Assembly: GCF_004010195.1 (NCBI RefSeq)
Contig: NC_057759.1
Coordinates: 2,601,679 to 2,665,678 of the forward strand
Origin: Chiloscyllium plagiosum
Taxonomy: Eukaryota
Length of the DNA: 64,000 nucleotides
Direction: 5' to 3'
This document shows positions 38,756 through 51,754 of this stretch, in pieces. The notes below the pieces were generated by a model. The model was not told the DNA's origin. It did not search any database and saw only the letters and a list, made by a program, of their open reading frames with translations. The translations under genes and the position numbers were made by a program. How positions within the stretch are numbered: position 1 is the first letter of the stretch; each line of letters begins with the position of its first letter.

Positions 38756-39301
38756 GGGATTGTGATTTTTGTACATCAGCAATGGTTTCATATTTGTTAA
38801 TGGATTGTTAATTGCTATTTTTAAAATTATTGATTTTCAATTCCACCATATCTTATGATGGGATTCAAACCTGCCTCCCCTGAACATTAGCTGAGGTTTT
38901 GGACAAATGCCCTAACAATAATGTTAATAGGCCATCATTTCACCTGCTCACTGGTTGCTCATCCCTGAGCACTGATACATGAAGCTAAACCCATTCTTCC
39001 AACATGATTGTGTGATCCTGAAGTCTTCCAGCACGCTGGTGATATCACTCAGTCTCTCTCTCCATGTGGTATCCCTCACTGTGTGGGTCTAATTGCTGCT
39101 TCTGTCAGCATCTCTCACTCTAGCAGCTACTCCATATCCTGAGCTAACAGAATTCTCCACTCCAGAGAGACGCAACAGCACAGGCCAGGGATGGAGTTTG
39201 GGATTTTCCAGATATCTGCGGGGGTCATTTCCATTCTCCTTGTGTAATCCTCACTGCATCGGTCTAATTTCCCATTCTGTCTATCTCTCTGTCTCCTGTA
39301 G

Positions 39302-39438
39302 GTACTCAGGAGGTTGCTGACTCAATAGACTTCCCAACTGCTGTGTGTCTTATCCATCACCTCATTGAAGATGGCAGGTCAGTCAGAGAGAGACAAAGGG
39401 AAGGGAGACTTGGAGCCTTCAATAAATCCTGCAGTGAG
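39302..39438 (+). other. Exon-like cassette, copy 3
   Basis: tctctctgtctcctgtag|gtactcagg...cctgcagtgag|gtaagat; one open frame, TQEVADSIDFPTAVCLIHHLIEDGRSVRERQREGRLGAFNKSCSE. Confidence 0.35.
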
Positions 39439-40459
39439 GTAAGATCACTCATAGTGCACAGAGCAGAGAGCAATGAGAGGGCTCCAAACATCGCTAACAA
39501 GACATGACATAGATACAGTGCTGGATGGGGAGCACAGTATAGACACACACCATGCTCAATCAGCACGTCTACTTTAACTTATGTTGCACTGAGACAGCAT
39601 CGGGAGTTCATAGTTATCAATCCAGTCCTGTGCTGTCTTAGTGAGCATCAGTACAACAGAGGGGAGAGTAGGCCTCCGACGAGAGGTTGTGAATGCTGCC
39701 TGGGATCTTTCTGTTCTGGGATCTCCCTCCAACACTGTACGAAGACTCACTACTCTGCAACGCTGTATCTGTGGCATGCTTGTGCACCAGTGTCTTCAGT
39801 CATTTTTAACTCCTATAACAGTAGTTGTCCCTGTAACCTCCTTCTTTCACTTTCGTTCCTCCACATATTTGAGACGTACTGCATTCCAGACTACCAGCCT
39901 TATCGCTGTAACTTGCTTCAGTGTCTACAACATGCCTTATTTTGGTACACTAATTCTCTTTCGCTGGATACAGAGTGATCCAGCAAGGAAACAGAACCTG
40001 TGGTCCAACTCCTTAATGCTGCCCATGTCACCTATACTGAATGAGTTGCATTTCCCTGCATTTGGCCCTTATCTCTTCAAACCTTCTCCTCTCCATGTAC
40101 CTGCCCAAATGTCTTTTTCATGCTGTAATTGTTCGTGTTTCTCCCATGTGGCCCTGGCAGACCGTTCCGTCTATGCACCTTCCTCTGTGGATAATGCTGC
40201 CCCTCAGCTCCCTCTTTAAATCCTTGCTCCCTCACCTCCTGTTTATACCCTCTAGTTTTGGACTCACCTACCCTTGGTTATTCACCATTCTTTATGTCAC
40301 CCCGTGGCCTCCTCTGCCCAAGGGACATATTTAGGACAATGTTACAAATATCTCCAACGTATGTAACAAAGTGCTGGCCAATGTCGGCAAATGTACCAAA
40401 TGTCGCTTTCCCCACCCTGTCCACCTGTGATGCCATTTCCGAGGAACAATGTAACTTGC

Positions 40460-40462
<3 letters not shown>

Positions 40463-40492
<30 letters not shown>
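40463..40492. repeat. (CT)n microsatellite
   Basis: Seen directly. Confidence 0.95.
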
Positions 40493-40495
<3 letters not shown>

Positions 40496-41952
40496 CAACA
40501 ACCCTGGCCAGAGCCCTTCCATTAACTGTATTAGTCCTTCCTGGTTTGTCTTAACAAAATCCAACACCTGAATTAAACTCAATCTTTCATTCCTTGGTCC
40601 ACTGGCCCAGTTGGTCAAGCCCCCCATTGATAATCGTATTTACTGCCCACTACACAATTAATTTGATCATCAACAAACGTTCGCACAATCACTCCTATAT
40701 TTTCAATCAAATCGTTAATGTAGATGATGCACATCAGTGGACCCAGCCCGGATCCTTTCTTCAATAATGGAATAAGACCATATTCTTGTCATAGAGCCAT
40801 ACAGCATGGAAACTGACCCTTCAGCTGATACCCACCATAATCTAAAACTAAACTCTTCACTGCTGCCTGTTGCTGGCCCATATCACTCCAACCCTTCCCT
40901 ATTCACTTGTTTATCCAAATATCTTTTAAATGTTGTAATTGTAACCACATCAACCCCTTTCTCAGGAAGTTCATTCCACACTCAAACCACCCTCAGTGTA
41001 GCAAATTGCCCCATATCTTTTTTTGAACATCTCTCTCCTCTAACCTTAAAAATGTGGCCCCTCCTCTTGAGACTCCCCCATCCTGAGGAAAAGGCAATTA
41101 TCATTAAATTGATCTATATACCTCATTTTTTTTCATAAACCTTTAAAGCATCATGTCTCAACCTCCAGGCTCCAGTGAAAAAAAACTCAGCCTATCCAAC
41201 CATTTTTCAGAACTCAAGCCTTCCATACCCAGCAATATCCTGGTAAATCTCTTCTGAATGCCCTGCAGCTTAATAATATCCTCCAAGTTAACTGGGCGAC
41301 CAGAACTGGACAGAGTATTGCAGAACAGGCCTCACAAATGACTGTGCAATCTCAACATGACGTCCCAAATCCTACACTCAATGGACTGAGCAATAGTCAG
41401 ACACTGTCTTATCCATCCTGTGATGCAAGCTTCAAGAATTATGTACCTGAACCCGGAGATCCCTCTGCTCTAAAACACTAACCGAGGCCCTAACATTAAA
41501 TGTATAAGCTCTACCCTTGTTTTTTTTTGACCAAATGCATTACCTCGTATTTATTCAGATTGAATTCCAACTCCATTCACCCATTTCATGAAGATCCCTT
41601 TGTAATCTCAGAAAACATCCTTCACTGTCCATGATGCCACCCTCCAGCCTGCCAGCCCATCACACATGGCTGTCAGTAGTACACATACCTTTGCTAGGTG
41701 CTCCACAATTTCTTCCCTAGCATCCCACAGTGTCCTGTGATACACTTAATCAGGTTCTGGAACTTGCCATAGCTTTGAGTTTTAAAACCTCCAGCACCAA
41801 CTCTTTTATAACAAGCACTCTTTTCAAGTCATAGAGATATACAGCATAGAAACAAACCCTTCGGTCCCCAACTCGTCCAGGCTTACCAGAAGATCTAAAT
41901 AAACCCATTCCCTTTTCCAGGATTTGGCCCATATACATCTACACCCTTTTAG

Positions 41953-42239
41953 GTTAGATTACTTACAGTGTGGAAACAGGCCAACAAGTCCACACTGACC
42001 CGCCGAAGCGTAACCCACCCATTCCCATACATTTACCCCTTTACCTAACAATACGGGCAATTCACCTGACGTGCACATCTTTGTGACTGTGGGAGGAACC
42101 CGGAGCACCCGGAGGAAACCCACGCAACCACGGGGAGAACGTGCAAACTCCACACAGTCAGTCGCCTGAGTCGGGAATTGAACCCGGGTCTCTGGCGCTG
42201 TGAGGCAGCAGTGCTAACCACCGTGCCACCGTGCCACCC
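41953..42239 (-). mobile_element. Full-length HE1/V-SINE-like SINE inserted in a CR1 3' region
   Basis: ttagattacttacagtgtggaaacaggcc ... gcagcagtgctaaccaccgtgccaccgtgccaccc on the + strand. Confidence 0.92.
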
Positions 42240-45200
42240 ACCCATACTATTTAGATGTCCATCCAGATATTTTTAAAATGTTGTAATTGTATCAGTCTCC
42301 ATTACTTTTTCTCTCAGCTCATTCCATACACACATCACCATGTGTGTGAAGAAGTTGTCCCTTCAGTCACTCTGTAAACCATTCACGTCTAACCTTAAAC
42401 TTATGCACTCTAGTTTTGGACTCCCCAACTTCTGGGAAAAGGCCTTGAATGCTTACCCTATCCATATCGCTCATTTTCATATAAATCACTGTAATGTCAT
42501 CCCTCCGTCTCCAATTCTCCAGTGACAGTAACCCCAGCTTATTCAGCAACAACCAGGGCAATATCTTGTTAATCTTTTCTGAGCCCTTTCAAGTTTCACA
42601 ACATCCTTCCTGTAGCAGAGAGACTGGAATTGCAGAGAACTCCAATTGTGGTCTAACGTATTACTCTTGTTCCCTGAGTTCCCCAGTCTTTCTCCACAGT
42701 AAGTTCTGGAGTGAAAAAATTGTTTACGATCTTAGCAAATATCCTGCAGTTCCACACATCGATGGCCTCATTGATCTTTATTGGACACTATTTTGCCCCG
42801 AGTTACTTATGCACACTTAATATACTGATACAATCACTTTTGGATTCCCCTTTCCTTCTCTGCTGAGGCTATTTCATTTAGCCTTTCTCCATTCCTGTTT
42901 TCTACTCAAAGTGTATTCCTACAGCCCCTGTATATCCTCAGGGATTCCCTTGATCCAGCGGGCTATATCTGACATGTGGCCCCTTTTCCTTGACCAGACC
43001 CTCAATAGACAGCCAGTGTTTCCGAATGCTGTCAGCATTGACCTGCACACAAACAGGAACATGCTGGCGGTGATCGATCAGTTTATCTCACTTTTAAATT
43101 ATTCTCACTTGCCAAACTTCCCTTTCCCTGTAAATAATTCCCTTCCCCAATCACGGAAGGTTCCTGGCTAATACGATCAAGATTGGTCAGGCCCCATTTT
43201 ATAACTTGCACTTGTGGACCAGGCCTGTCCTTTTCCAAAGCTGTTTTCAAACTACTAGAACTGTGGTCACTTTGGCAAAATGCTTTCCCCTCTGACATCT
43301 CAGTCCCTTTCCCTACCATAATTCCCAAGTGGAGGTCAGGTTTTGCCCATTTCTCTTTTCAGGCCATTTACATATTGATTGGGAGTTTTCTGGAACACAA
43401 TTACCAAATTCCTCCCTTGCAAACACTGAACACTGGCAGTCCCAGTCTAGGTTTGGATAGTTCAAAAACCCTACCACAACAGCCCTATTATTATGGTTGA
43501 TATTTAAGATGTCCCGACATATTTGTTCCTCAGTCTGCCACAGATTATTCCTGGTCAGCAGTCCGATCGAATCAAAGTGATGACCCGTTCTTATTTCTCA
43601 GTTCCACTAACATAGCTTCAGTGGGCGATTCCACAGGAATATCCTCTCTAAGTACTGCTGTGATGATTCATTCATCAAAACCCACCACCACACGTCCTTT
43701 CTTGCCTCCCCTTCCTGTAGCATCTCTACCTTGAAACAATGTCGTCCTGCCCCTCCCTCAGCTGTGTTTCTGTAATAACTATAATATCCCAGTCCCATGT
43801 TCCAATCCATGCCTTGAGTTCATCTTCCTTAGCTGTCTGGCCCCTTGCATTGAAATAAGTGTAGTTTAATCATCAGTTTTCCCCCATTTCCTGCCATGTT
43901 CTTGGCTGCCTCAATCATCTTTCTGGCCTTACGTTTATTTAAGGTCCAACACCCTGCTAGACTAGGTTATATCCTCTCAAGTAGCTCTAGCAATTCACCC
44001 CACCAGGATATGGGTCCCTCTCCCGCTCCCAGTTGAGGTGCCTTTCCCACCCTGTCTCCCTGTGCTGACACCTTCAGGTATCAATGGACTTGTCCATCAA
44101 GGTCCCTGTATTCCTCAGTACTCCGCAAGGACCTACCCTTTATTATGTCTGTACTTCGCTTATCGTACCTCCCACAGAGTATTACCTCACTTCGATCAGA
44201 ACTAAACTCTGCTTAGATTATCATCCGATCGACATCGGACTGCAGACAGAGACCATCCTCCTCACTGTGAACAACACCCTCACCTTTCATGTCATCTGCA
44301 AACTTACTAATGATACCTTCTGCTTTCACATCCGAGTTATTCATGTTCAATGGTTCCTGCACAGATCTCTGTGGTACACCCGGTGGTGAAAATATTCTAT
44401 CCACCAATTTTGCATCCAATTTGCCAACTTGCCTTGGAACCCAGTCCTTTTGGACCAGCCTTCCATGTTGGATCTTGTTTAAAGACTTAGTCAAGTCCGT
44501 GTAAACCACATCATCTGCACAGACTTCATCAATATACTTAAGCACCATTTCAAAAGAACTGAACTGAATTCCTCAGACAGTATCTTCCTCTGCCAAATCC
44601 GTGATGACTAAACCGAGTTGATCCTTACCTTAGCAAGTGTCGATTCATCCTGACAATTCATTCCAATAATTTCCCTCCCCCTGCTGTCGGACTATCTGCT
44701 CTGTAATTACCTGGCCTACCCCTGCTGCCCTTCTTGAACAAAGGAACCACATTAGCGATTCTCCAGTCATTCAGCACTTCACCTGTGGCCAGCAAAGTAT
44801 TATATTTATCCACCAGGGCCCCAAAAATCTATGGATAATTAGCATGGGGTCAAAGAATGCTGGTTCAGGCAGTGACACCCACAACCCATGAATGAATAAA
44901 TAAAAATACACATGTCCCTCCCTACTTCTGCAAACCCCTCCAGCTGCAGCAATCCGTACTGGCTTTGTAACACCGTTCAGGCCCTGACCACTCTCTGTAA
45001 CACTCTCACCACCTCCAGCACCTTCACCTCTCCCTGTTCGTATCGTGTCAAGAAAGCTTGACAACGATTCCCATTCCCATTGCCCTCCTCCTGCTAGCAG
45101 ACCCATTGCAGTCCCTTTAAAACGTACTACAAAACTCTCTCTCACTTCAGGATTTTAAGTACTTTGTGGTGATCTTCTCAGCCTGTCATTTTGTTGAGTA

Positions 45201-46504
45201 TTTTACACTGTTCCTTCAAATGTTTTCCACTGTTCATTTACAGGCACATATTGCAGTTTGTTTACCCTGTTTATCTTAGTCAGTTCTCTTCTCCAACTCA
45301 TGTAATTGGCTATTTTTGTTTCTAGTTGTAGCTTGTACTTTCTGTGTTTCATTTTAAAACTTCATATTTTTTAAACTGCACTTTATCACAATTTCCCAGA
45401 GCATCTCTCCAGGTGACATTACTCATTCACTAAGTTTTATCACACAACAGTCTCTCTGAGACAGTTACATTCCTCGCCAGTTGCACAATGTGTTATTCTA
45501 AAAAAAACTGAACAAAAAATTCTCTGAACTCCTCTTCCAATATCATTGTTGTCAGTGTGATTGTCCTAGACTTTGCGAATATTAACGTTTCACTAAATGT
45601 TCACCATACCTGTATTAAAAATTCAATGAATTCCTATTTATTGTAGTGACGAGCCATGAAATGCTGTTCGGTGGTCTAAAACTGTTCTGCTGCTTGTGTC
45701 CTTGGCAAGTATATTCACTGACTCGACTTCATGATCTGATGCCAAATGTTTTCTCTGTAATACCTTTCTTATCTATTATTGTTAGCGTTATCCATTTTGC
45801 CTGAATTTGCACAAGGTTGTGAACCATTGAATATTTCTGTTCCACCTTGTGTTCGCCCTGTAACCACACCTCTCTGGTGTCTAAATCCCTTTGATCTCTG
45901 TGTCACAAATCCATCTACCTTGTTACAGAGACTTTGTCCATCAATAAAAAACATAATTTACTCGTTCCCACAATTTCCTGTCACAAATGGATTTGCTGAT
46001 CTACAGTTTTAGTTAAACTTTGTCCCATTCTGTTCCTTTCTGTTGTCTTCGGTCACATTCCCCATGCTGCTCTGATGCTTCACCTTTTCTCTTTGGATTT
46101 GGAAAGCTCCTTTCATCAGAACCCTGTCCCTGCATCCTCTCTGTCAGTTTAAAGCCCTGTCCATAAATCTACCAACGTGATTGGCCAGGACGTTGTTCCA
46201 CTGGAACTGTTCTGGGACCAATCTGAATGGATTTTTTTTTTAAAAATCAGGTATGAGATGTGGGTGTCTCTGGCTGACTAGCCTTTATTGCCCATCCCTT
46301 GCTGCCCTTGAGCTAAGCAGCTGGCTCGCCCATTTCACAGGATAATTGAGAGTCAAACACGTTGCTGTGGGTATGTCGTGCAGACCACATGAGAGTGAAC
46401 TGTTGTCTTTCTCTGAAGGTCAAGTGTTTGGGTTTTTATCAATACTTATTTATGGATTGTAAATTCCAATTTTTAAAACATATATTCATTTAAACTTCCA
46501 CATG

Positions 46505-46965
46505 GTTAGAAGTTAGAAAGAAGAAGAGGGGTGGCCACTATGTTGGGACTGTATTGTAGACTGTTGTAGACCCAACAGATACCAGATGAGCAGATGTGTA
46601 GAGAGATTGCAGATAACTATAGGAATAATAGAGGGGTATTGGCTGGAGATTTTAATATTCCCTGTATTGACTGGGCCACCTCGAGTATAAAAAGACCTGG
46701 ACGGAGGGCAATTTTTCAAATGTATCCAAGGAAGATTCTTAAATCAATAAGCAGAGGGCCCTACTCTACTCAGGCAGGTGCAACACTGGACCTCCCCTCA
46801 GAAAACGAGGTCGGGCAAGTGACTGAACTGTCATTCAGAGAGCACTTTGGGCCCAGTGCCCACAACTGTCTTCGTTTTAACACAGTTATGGCAAAAGATC
46901 AGCAGGTCCATAGATTGAAGACGAAAACTGGAACAGGGCCAGGTTTGGGTTCATTCTGCAGAATC
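46505..46965 (+). mobile_element. CR1 endonuclease-domain fragment
   Basis: MCREIADNYRNNRGVLAGDFNIPCIDW...GATLDL...EHFGPSAHNCLRF (GDFN and SDH-like APE motifs). Confidence 0.85.
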
Positions 46966-46984
46966 TGGCCAGCATCAATGCCGT

Positions 46985-47272
46985 GAATTTAAAATTGCAC
47001 AACGCCCAGTTATAATCCAACTCGCTTTGGATGCGTTGGTGATCACTGTAACAGATGAAACGCTTCAACTAAATTTGTTTGATATTATATTCCATGACAC
47101 TGCCATCCTGTTGCTATAAATTCTGTACCTTAGGATTGTGCTCCACAACCACCTGATGAAGAAGCAGTGCTCTGAAAGCCAGTGCTTTCAAATAAACCGG
47201 TTGGACTGGAACCGAGTGTTGGGTGATTTTTAACTTTGTCCACCCCCAGTCCGACACCGGCACCTCCACATT
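46985..47272 (+). mobile_element. Penelope-like element terminal remnant with hammerhead core and an inverted partial terminal copy
   Basis: cac-CTGATGA-agaagcagtgctct-GAAA-gcca-gtg at 47150-47184. 46988-47028 is an imperfect inverted copy of ~47194-47233. Confidence 0.65.
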
Positions 47273-48342
47273 ATGATTCTAATCGTTTGGGTGAGTCTGT
47301 TTGAAGGAAAAGGAACAACTGGCAAATGGGAGGCTTTTCAAAGTGTGATCTCAAGAGTCCAGGGCCAGTGTGCCCCATTGGGGTAAAGGGAAAAGCTGGC
47401 AGGGTTAGGGATCCTTGTCTGATGAGGGATAATAAGGCTCTGGTCTTCAAATGAAGACTGCATGCATTGGGTTTAAGTTTTCCATATCTACATATTCTTA
47501 AAGACACGATCAATCTGTGGAGACCCTACAATCTTCTCAGTCCCTGTAATACTCCCAACCTGCAGAAGTCATTCCAATGCCTGTGACTCTTTCAATACAG
47601 TTCCTACAAGACCCACTATCTATGTGATATCTTCCCATTGCCAGCACCCACCCTGTCAATGTAAGCGCCTCCAGTGTCTCCATCCATCTACTCATTTCCA
47701 TAATCTTCTCCAGCTCTTACATGTGTAAACATCACCCTCCCCTACAACCCTTCCCACTTTGACCAAACTGGAGGAGGTTACTAATGCTCCCTAATCTGTG
47801 AAACTGTCTCCACCCAAAATTGCTGTCTTTATCACTTGGAGAATCTGTCTGATTCCACACCCTCTTTATCTAAATAACCTGCAGAACCTAAGCATTCTTG
47901 TGTCTATAAACATCTTCAGTCACGACTACCCTCCATACGGCTAATTGTTTTTCCAATCTGTACAACCCACTTTATCTCTGTACTCAGCTCCGTTCTCCTG
48001 AAACATTCCTGTCTGTGTAAACCACCCCATTCTAACAACATCCTTATCCCTGTAAACTGCTCCATTCCTCCCAACCTCCCCATCTCCATGAACTCATGTA
48101 GGCCCGACAGCTCTCCACATTTCTGTAACCTCCTGTGGCTGTATGCTCCTCCCTCCCTGTGAAAGCACCTCCAGTCCCCACAATTCCTGCAGCCTGAGTC
48201 ATCTGCTCCAGATCAGGCCATTGCTGTCTCTGTTGCCTCATACATCTTTAGCAACGCCTCCTATTTGTGTCACTTCATTCAGATCGCATCCTCTCCCGTT
48301 TCCCGAAACCTCTTTCTGCCATCACAACCCTTGCTATTTAGA

Positions 48343-49125
48343 ACATGGAATAGCACATTCCATTACAAGCCCTTCCACCCTCAATATTGTGCTGACCTCT
48401 TATCCTACTCTGAAGATGAAACGAACCTACATACCTTATATTTTACTATCATTGATGTGCCTATCCAAGAGTTGCTTCGATGTCTGTAATGGATCTGAAT
48501 CTACTACCATGGCTGGCAGTCCATTTCACGCAGCCATCACACTCTGTGTAAATAACGTACTAGTCCCGTCCATGCCGACAGGATATCCCAACCCAATCTA
48601 GTCCTACCTGCCAGCACCTGGCCCATATCCCTCTGATATCTAAGCTAAACCTTCCGCCAATTACCTTAAACTTATGTCTCCTTGTGATAGCCATTTCGCC
48701 ATGGGAAATAGTCTCTGGTTATCCACTCTATCTATGCCTCTCATTCCCTTGTACACCTCTATCAAGTCACCATTCTTCCTCCTACGCTCTGATCAGAAAA
48801 GCCCTAGCTTCCACAACCTACCTTCTGTGGGCATGCCCTCCAGTCCAGGAAGCATCCTGCTAAATCTCCTCTGCACTGTCTTTAAAGCTTCCACATCCTC
48901 CCGATAATGAAGCGAACAGAACTGTTCACAATATTCGAAGTGTGGTCTAACTGGGGTTCAGTAGAACTTCAGCAAAATCTCGCATCTCTTAAACTCAATC
49001 CCCTGTTAATGAAAGCCAGCACACCATCCGCCTTCTTAATACCCTGTCAACTTGGGTGGTAACCTGAGGGACAAAGGATCCCTTTGTTCCTGCACGCTGC
49101 TAAGAATTCTGCCTTTAACCACGTA
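48343..49125 (-). mobile_element. CR1 LINE 3' fragment inserted into the minisatellite block
   Basis: The tail tagaacatggaatagcaca and the reverse complement of the PH.EY...QF / GDLIEVYK region. Confidence 0.8.
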
Positions 49126-49532
49126 AAGGTTTTCTGCAGAATCCTCTAATCTAAAACTATCCCTATCTTTGTAAGTTCCTCCTGTCCTGACAGCACTCAT
49201 AAACTGTGAAACCTCCTCAAGTCCCTATATTCCTAATGTCTGCAAAATCATCCCGTCCTGATGTCCCTCCACATCTCTGTAACCCCCACCATCCTCCAGT
49301 GCCCTTCTGGGGAACATTGCAGATGAAGGAGGAGTTGGAGAGTCTGGGCCATGTTACGAGGTATGAAGGGCTGCAGAACCTGGAGGATGGTACAAATATC
49401 GGAAGGGACGTGGGACTTGCAGGAGGTTTATAGAACCTGCAGCCTGGGACCGAGGATGGCTTGTGGAACCTGGAGGATATTATGAATTGAACCACAGGTA
49501 ATTTTTGATTGCACCATTCAGCCGATCTTACA

Positions 49533-50400
49533 GTCAAAGAGATGTACAGCATAGAAACAGACCCTTAATTCCAACCCAGCCGACAGGATATTCCAACCCA
49601 ATCTAGTCCCACCTGCGAGTACCTGGCCTATCTCCCTCCAAACCCTTTCTATTCATATATCCATCCAAATGCTTCTTATATGTTGCAATTGTACCATCTG
49701 TAATTTTGGCTGAAAGATCCAATCAAACATTACCTGTGGTTCAAATCATAACATCCTCCAGATTCCACAACCCATTCATGGTCCCATCCTGCAGATCAGA
49801 TATCCCAACCCAATGTAGTCCCACCTGCTAGCACCCGGCCCATCTCCCTATAAACCCTTCCTATTCATATACACATCCAGATTCCTTTCAACTGTTGCAA
49901 TTGTACTAGCTTCCACAACTTCCTTTGGCAGCTCATTCCATACATGTACTATCCTCTTCGTGAAAAAGTTGCCCCTTAGTTCTCTTTAATATCTTTCTAT
50001 TCTTACCCTAAACCTCGCCCTATAATTCTGGACTCGCATACCCCAGGAGAAAGACTTCGTCTATTTATCCTATCCATGCCCCTCTTGATTTTAGAAACCT
50101 CTATAAGGTCACCCTCAGCCTCCGACTCTCCAGGAAAAACCTGTTCAAACTCTCCCTATAGCTCAACCCTGGCAACATTATTGTAAATCTTTTCTGAAGC
50201 GTTTCAAGTTTCACAACATCCTTCCGATATGAAGTAGAATAGAGTTGCATGCAGTATTCCAAAAGTGGCCTCACCACTGTCCTATAAAGCCGCAAAATGC
50301 CCTCCCAATCCCTGTACTCAATACTCTGACCAATAAAGGAATGTATACCAAGCGCCTTCTTCGCTATCGTAACTATGTGTGACTCTACTGTCAAGGAACT
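49533..50400 (-). mobile_element. CR1 LINE 3' fragment with internal duplication and inverted insert
   Basis: ORF 50101..50394 reads LYRTVVRPLLEYCMQLYS...LETLQKRFT; the tail is gtcaaagagatgtacagcatagaaacagaccc. Confidence 0.88.
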
Positions 50401-50401
50401 T

Positions 50402-50575
50402 TGTATTTCATTTGAAAGATTGCATAGACGGATAGAGTGGCCCGAGGACTTCTGGGTAATGCTAGTTCAGTCTAAGCTGGTAGGCAGAGCCAGTGAAATA
50501 TTTGCAGCGCTGTCTGATGAATGATCGAGAGATAATGCATATGTCAAACAGGCTGTTTTAAGTGCTTATGGATTG
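50402..50575 (+). mobile_element. Gmr1-like Gypsy LTR retrotransposon gag (capsid) fragment
   Basis: Manual translation: CISFERLHRRIEWPEDFWVMLVQSKLVGRASEIFAALSDE*SRDNAYVKQAVLSAYGL. This matches the recalled pattern FER.A....WP...W..LL...L.GKA......LS.....DY..VK.A.L.AY.L. Confidence 0.75.
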
Positions 50576-50599
50576 CTTATGAAAGGGAAGCCACTACAA

Positions 50600-51430
50600 T
50601 TACCTTTACTGTCCCATCACTATCTGTCAAAGCTCCTTCAGGTCTATATCCTCCGAATTATTGAAACCTGCTCTCACCATTGCAACTCCCATTATTTCCT
50701 AACATTGTTGAGTCTGTAAAACCATCCCTATCAGTTTAATCTCCTCCACTGCATACAACACTCCTAGTCTGTGTAATCTCTTCACATCGTTAAGTTCCTA
50801 TATACCTATGTATTGGTGTGACTGCTTTGTGGCCATTGTATCCTCGTTTATATCTGCAAAAGGCTCCGCTCACTGCAGCACATCCTATGCTCATAAGTGA
50901 ATCTGATCTCTCACAAGCCTCTCTACGACTCTCTCCTCCAGTCTCTACAAGCTTCCCTAACCCTGTCGTATCTTGCAGCATGCACACCACTCTCTCTCTG
51001 ACATACCTTCCAGTGCATAAAATCATCTCTCCTAACTGTATCCAGTCTCCAACTCCCTCCTTATCCGTGCAACATTCTCCAGTCCATACCATCCTCTCTT
51101 TCCCTATAATATTCTCCAGTCCATACCATCCTCCTTATCGCTGTGATATTCTCCAGATCCCACAACTGTTGTTAAATGTACCACATCCTGGAATCATGCG
51201 AATGTTTCTACACCCTGATCATCAAAGACCATGTAACGATCCACAACCCTACACATATCCCTATCTCTGAAGTCTAATCAAAGACGCTTTATCTCTCTAA
51301 CTTCCTCCAAACAATAAAAACTTTTCTCCTGCGAACATTCTGTATCAACTGTAACTATGTTTAATCCTGCAACATTGTCGCGCCCCCAAACGTCACTCCC
51401 ACTCTGTGACCTCTATCCATCCCTCAAAGG
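50600..51430. repeat. Degenerate C/T-rich minisatellite block
   Basis: Same ccctatc / tgtaa / ctccagtcc / caaccct units. Further blocks at ~29680-30255 and ~55030-55865. Confidence 0.65.
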
Positions 51431-51754
51431 CCCTCTCTCGGTGACACACGCCATGCATTTGCACCAAGGCAGATGGAATGACAGCATTAACTGAAGAGAA
51501 CAGATATGATCAAACTGTTATTATGAAGGGGTGGCTGCAGAATGATCATGACAGGAATGTGATTATTGAGGGGTTGTAGGGATTTAGGCAGGATCAGCAA
51601 ACAACCAAACAAGGTCACGTTTTTGGGAAGAAAGGATGCAGTCAGTGCATTAGTGAGACAGCCAATTTAATCTGGGAATCAAAATATGGAGTCATTTTGA
51701 ATGGACAGCTTCCAAATAGCAAGGGGGATCTGGAAGATCAAATCACAATCTACG

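Larger units (their letters stand above)
39965..44825 (-). mobile_element. Stack of nested, decayed CR1 LINE fragments, predominantly minus strand
   Basis: Several CR1 3' tails (catagagccatacagcatggaaac at ~40790; catagagatatacagcatagaaac at ~41830), ISKFADDMKG at 44213..44548 and LGLLSLENWRRRDD at 42367..42561. Confidence 0.8.
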
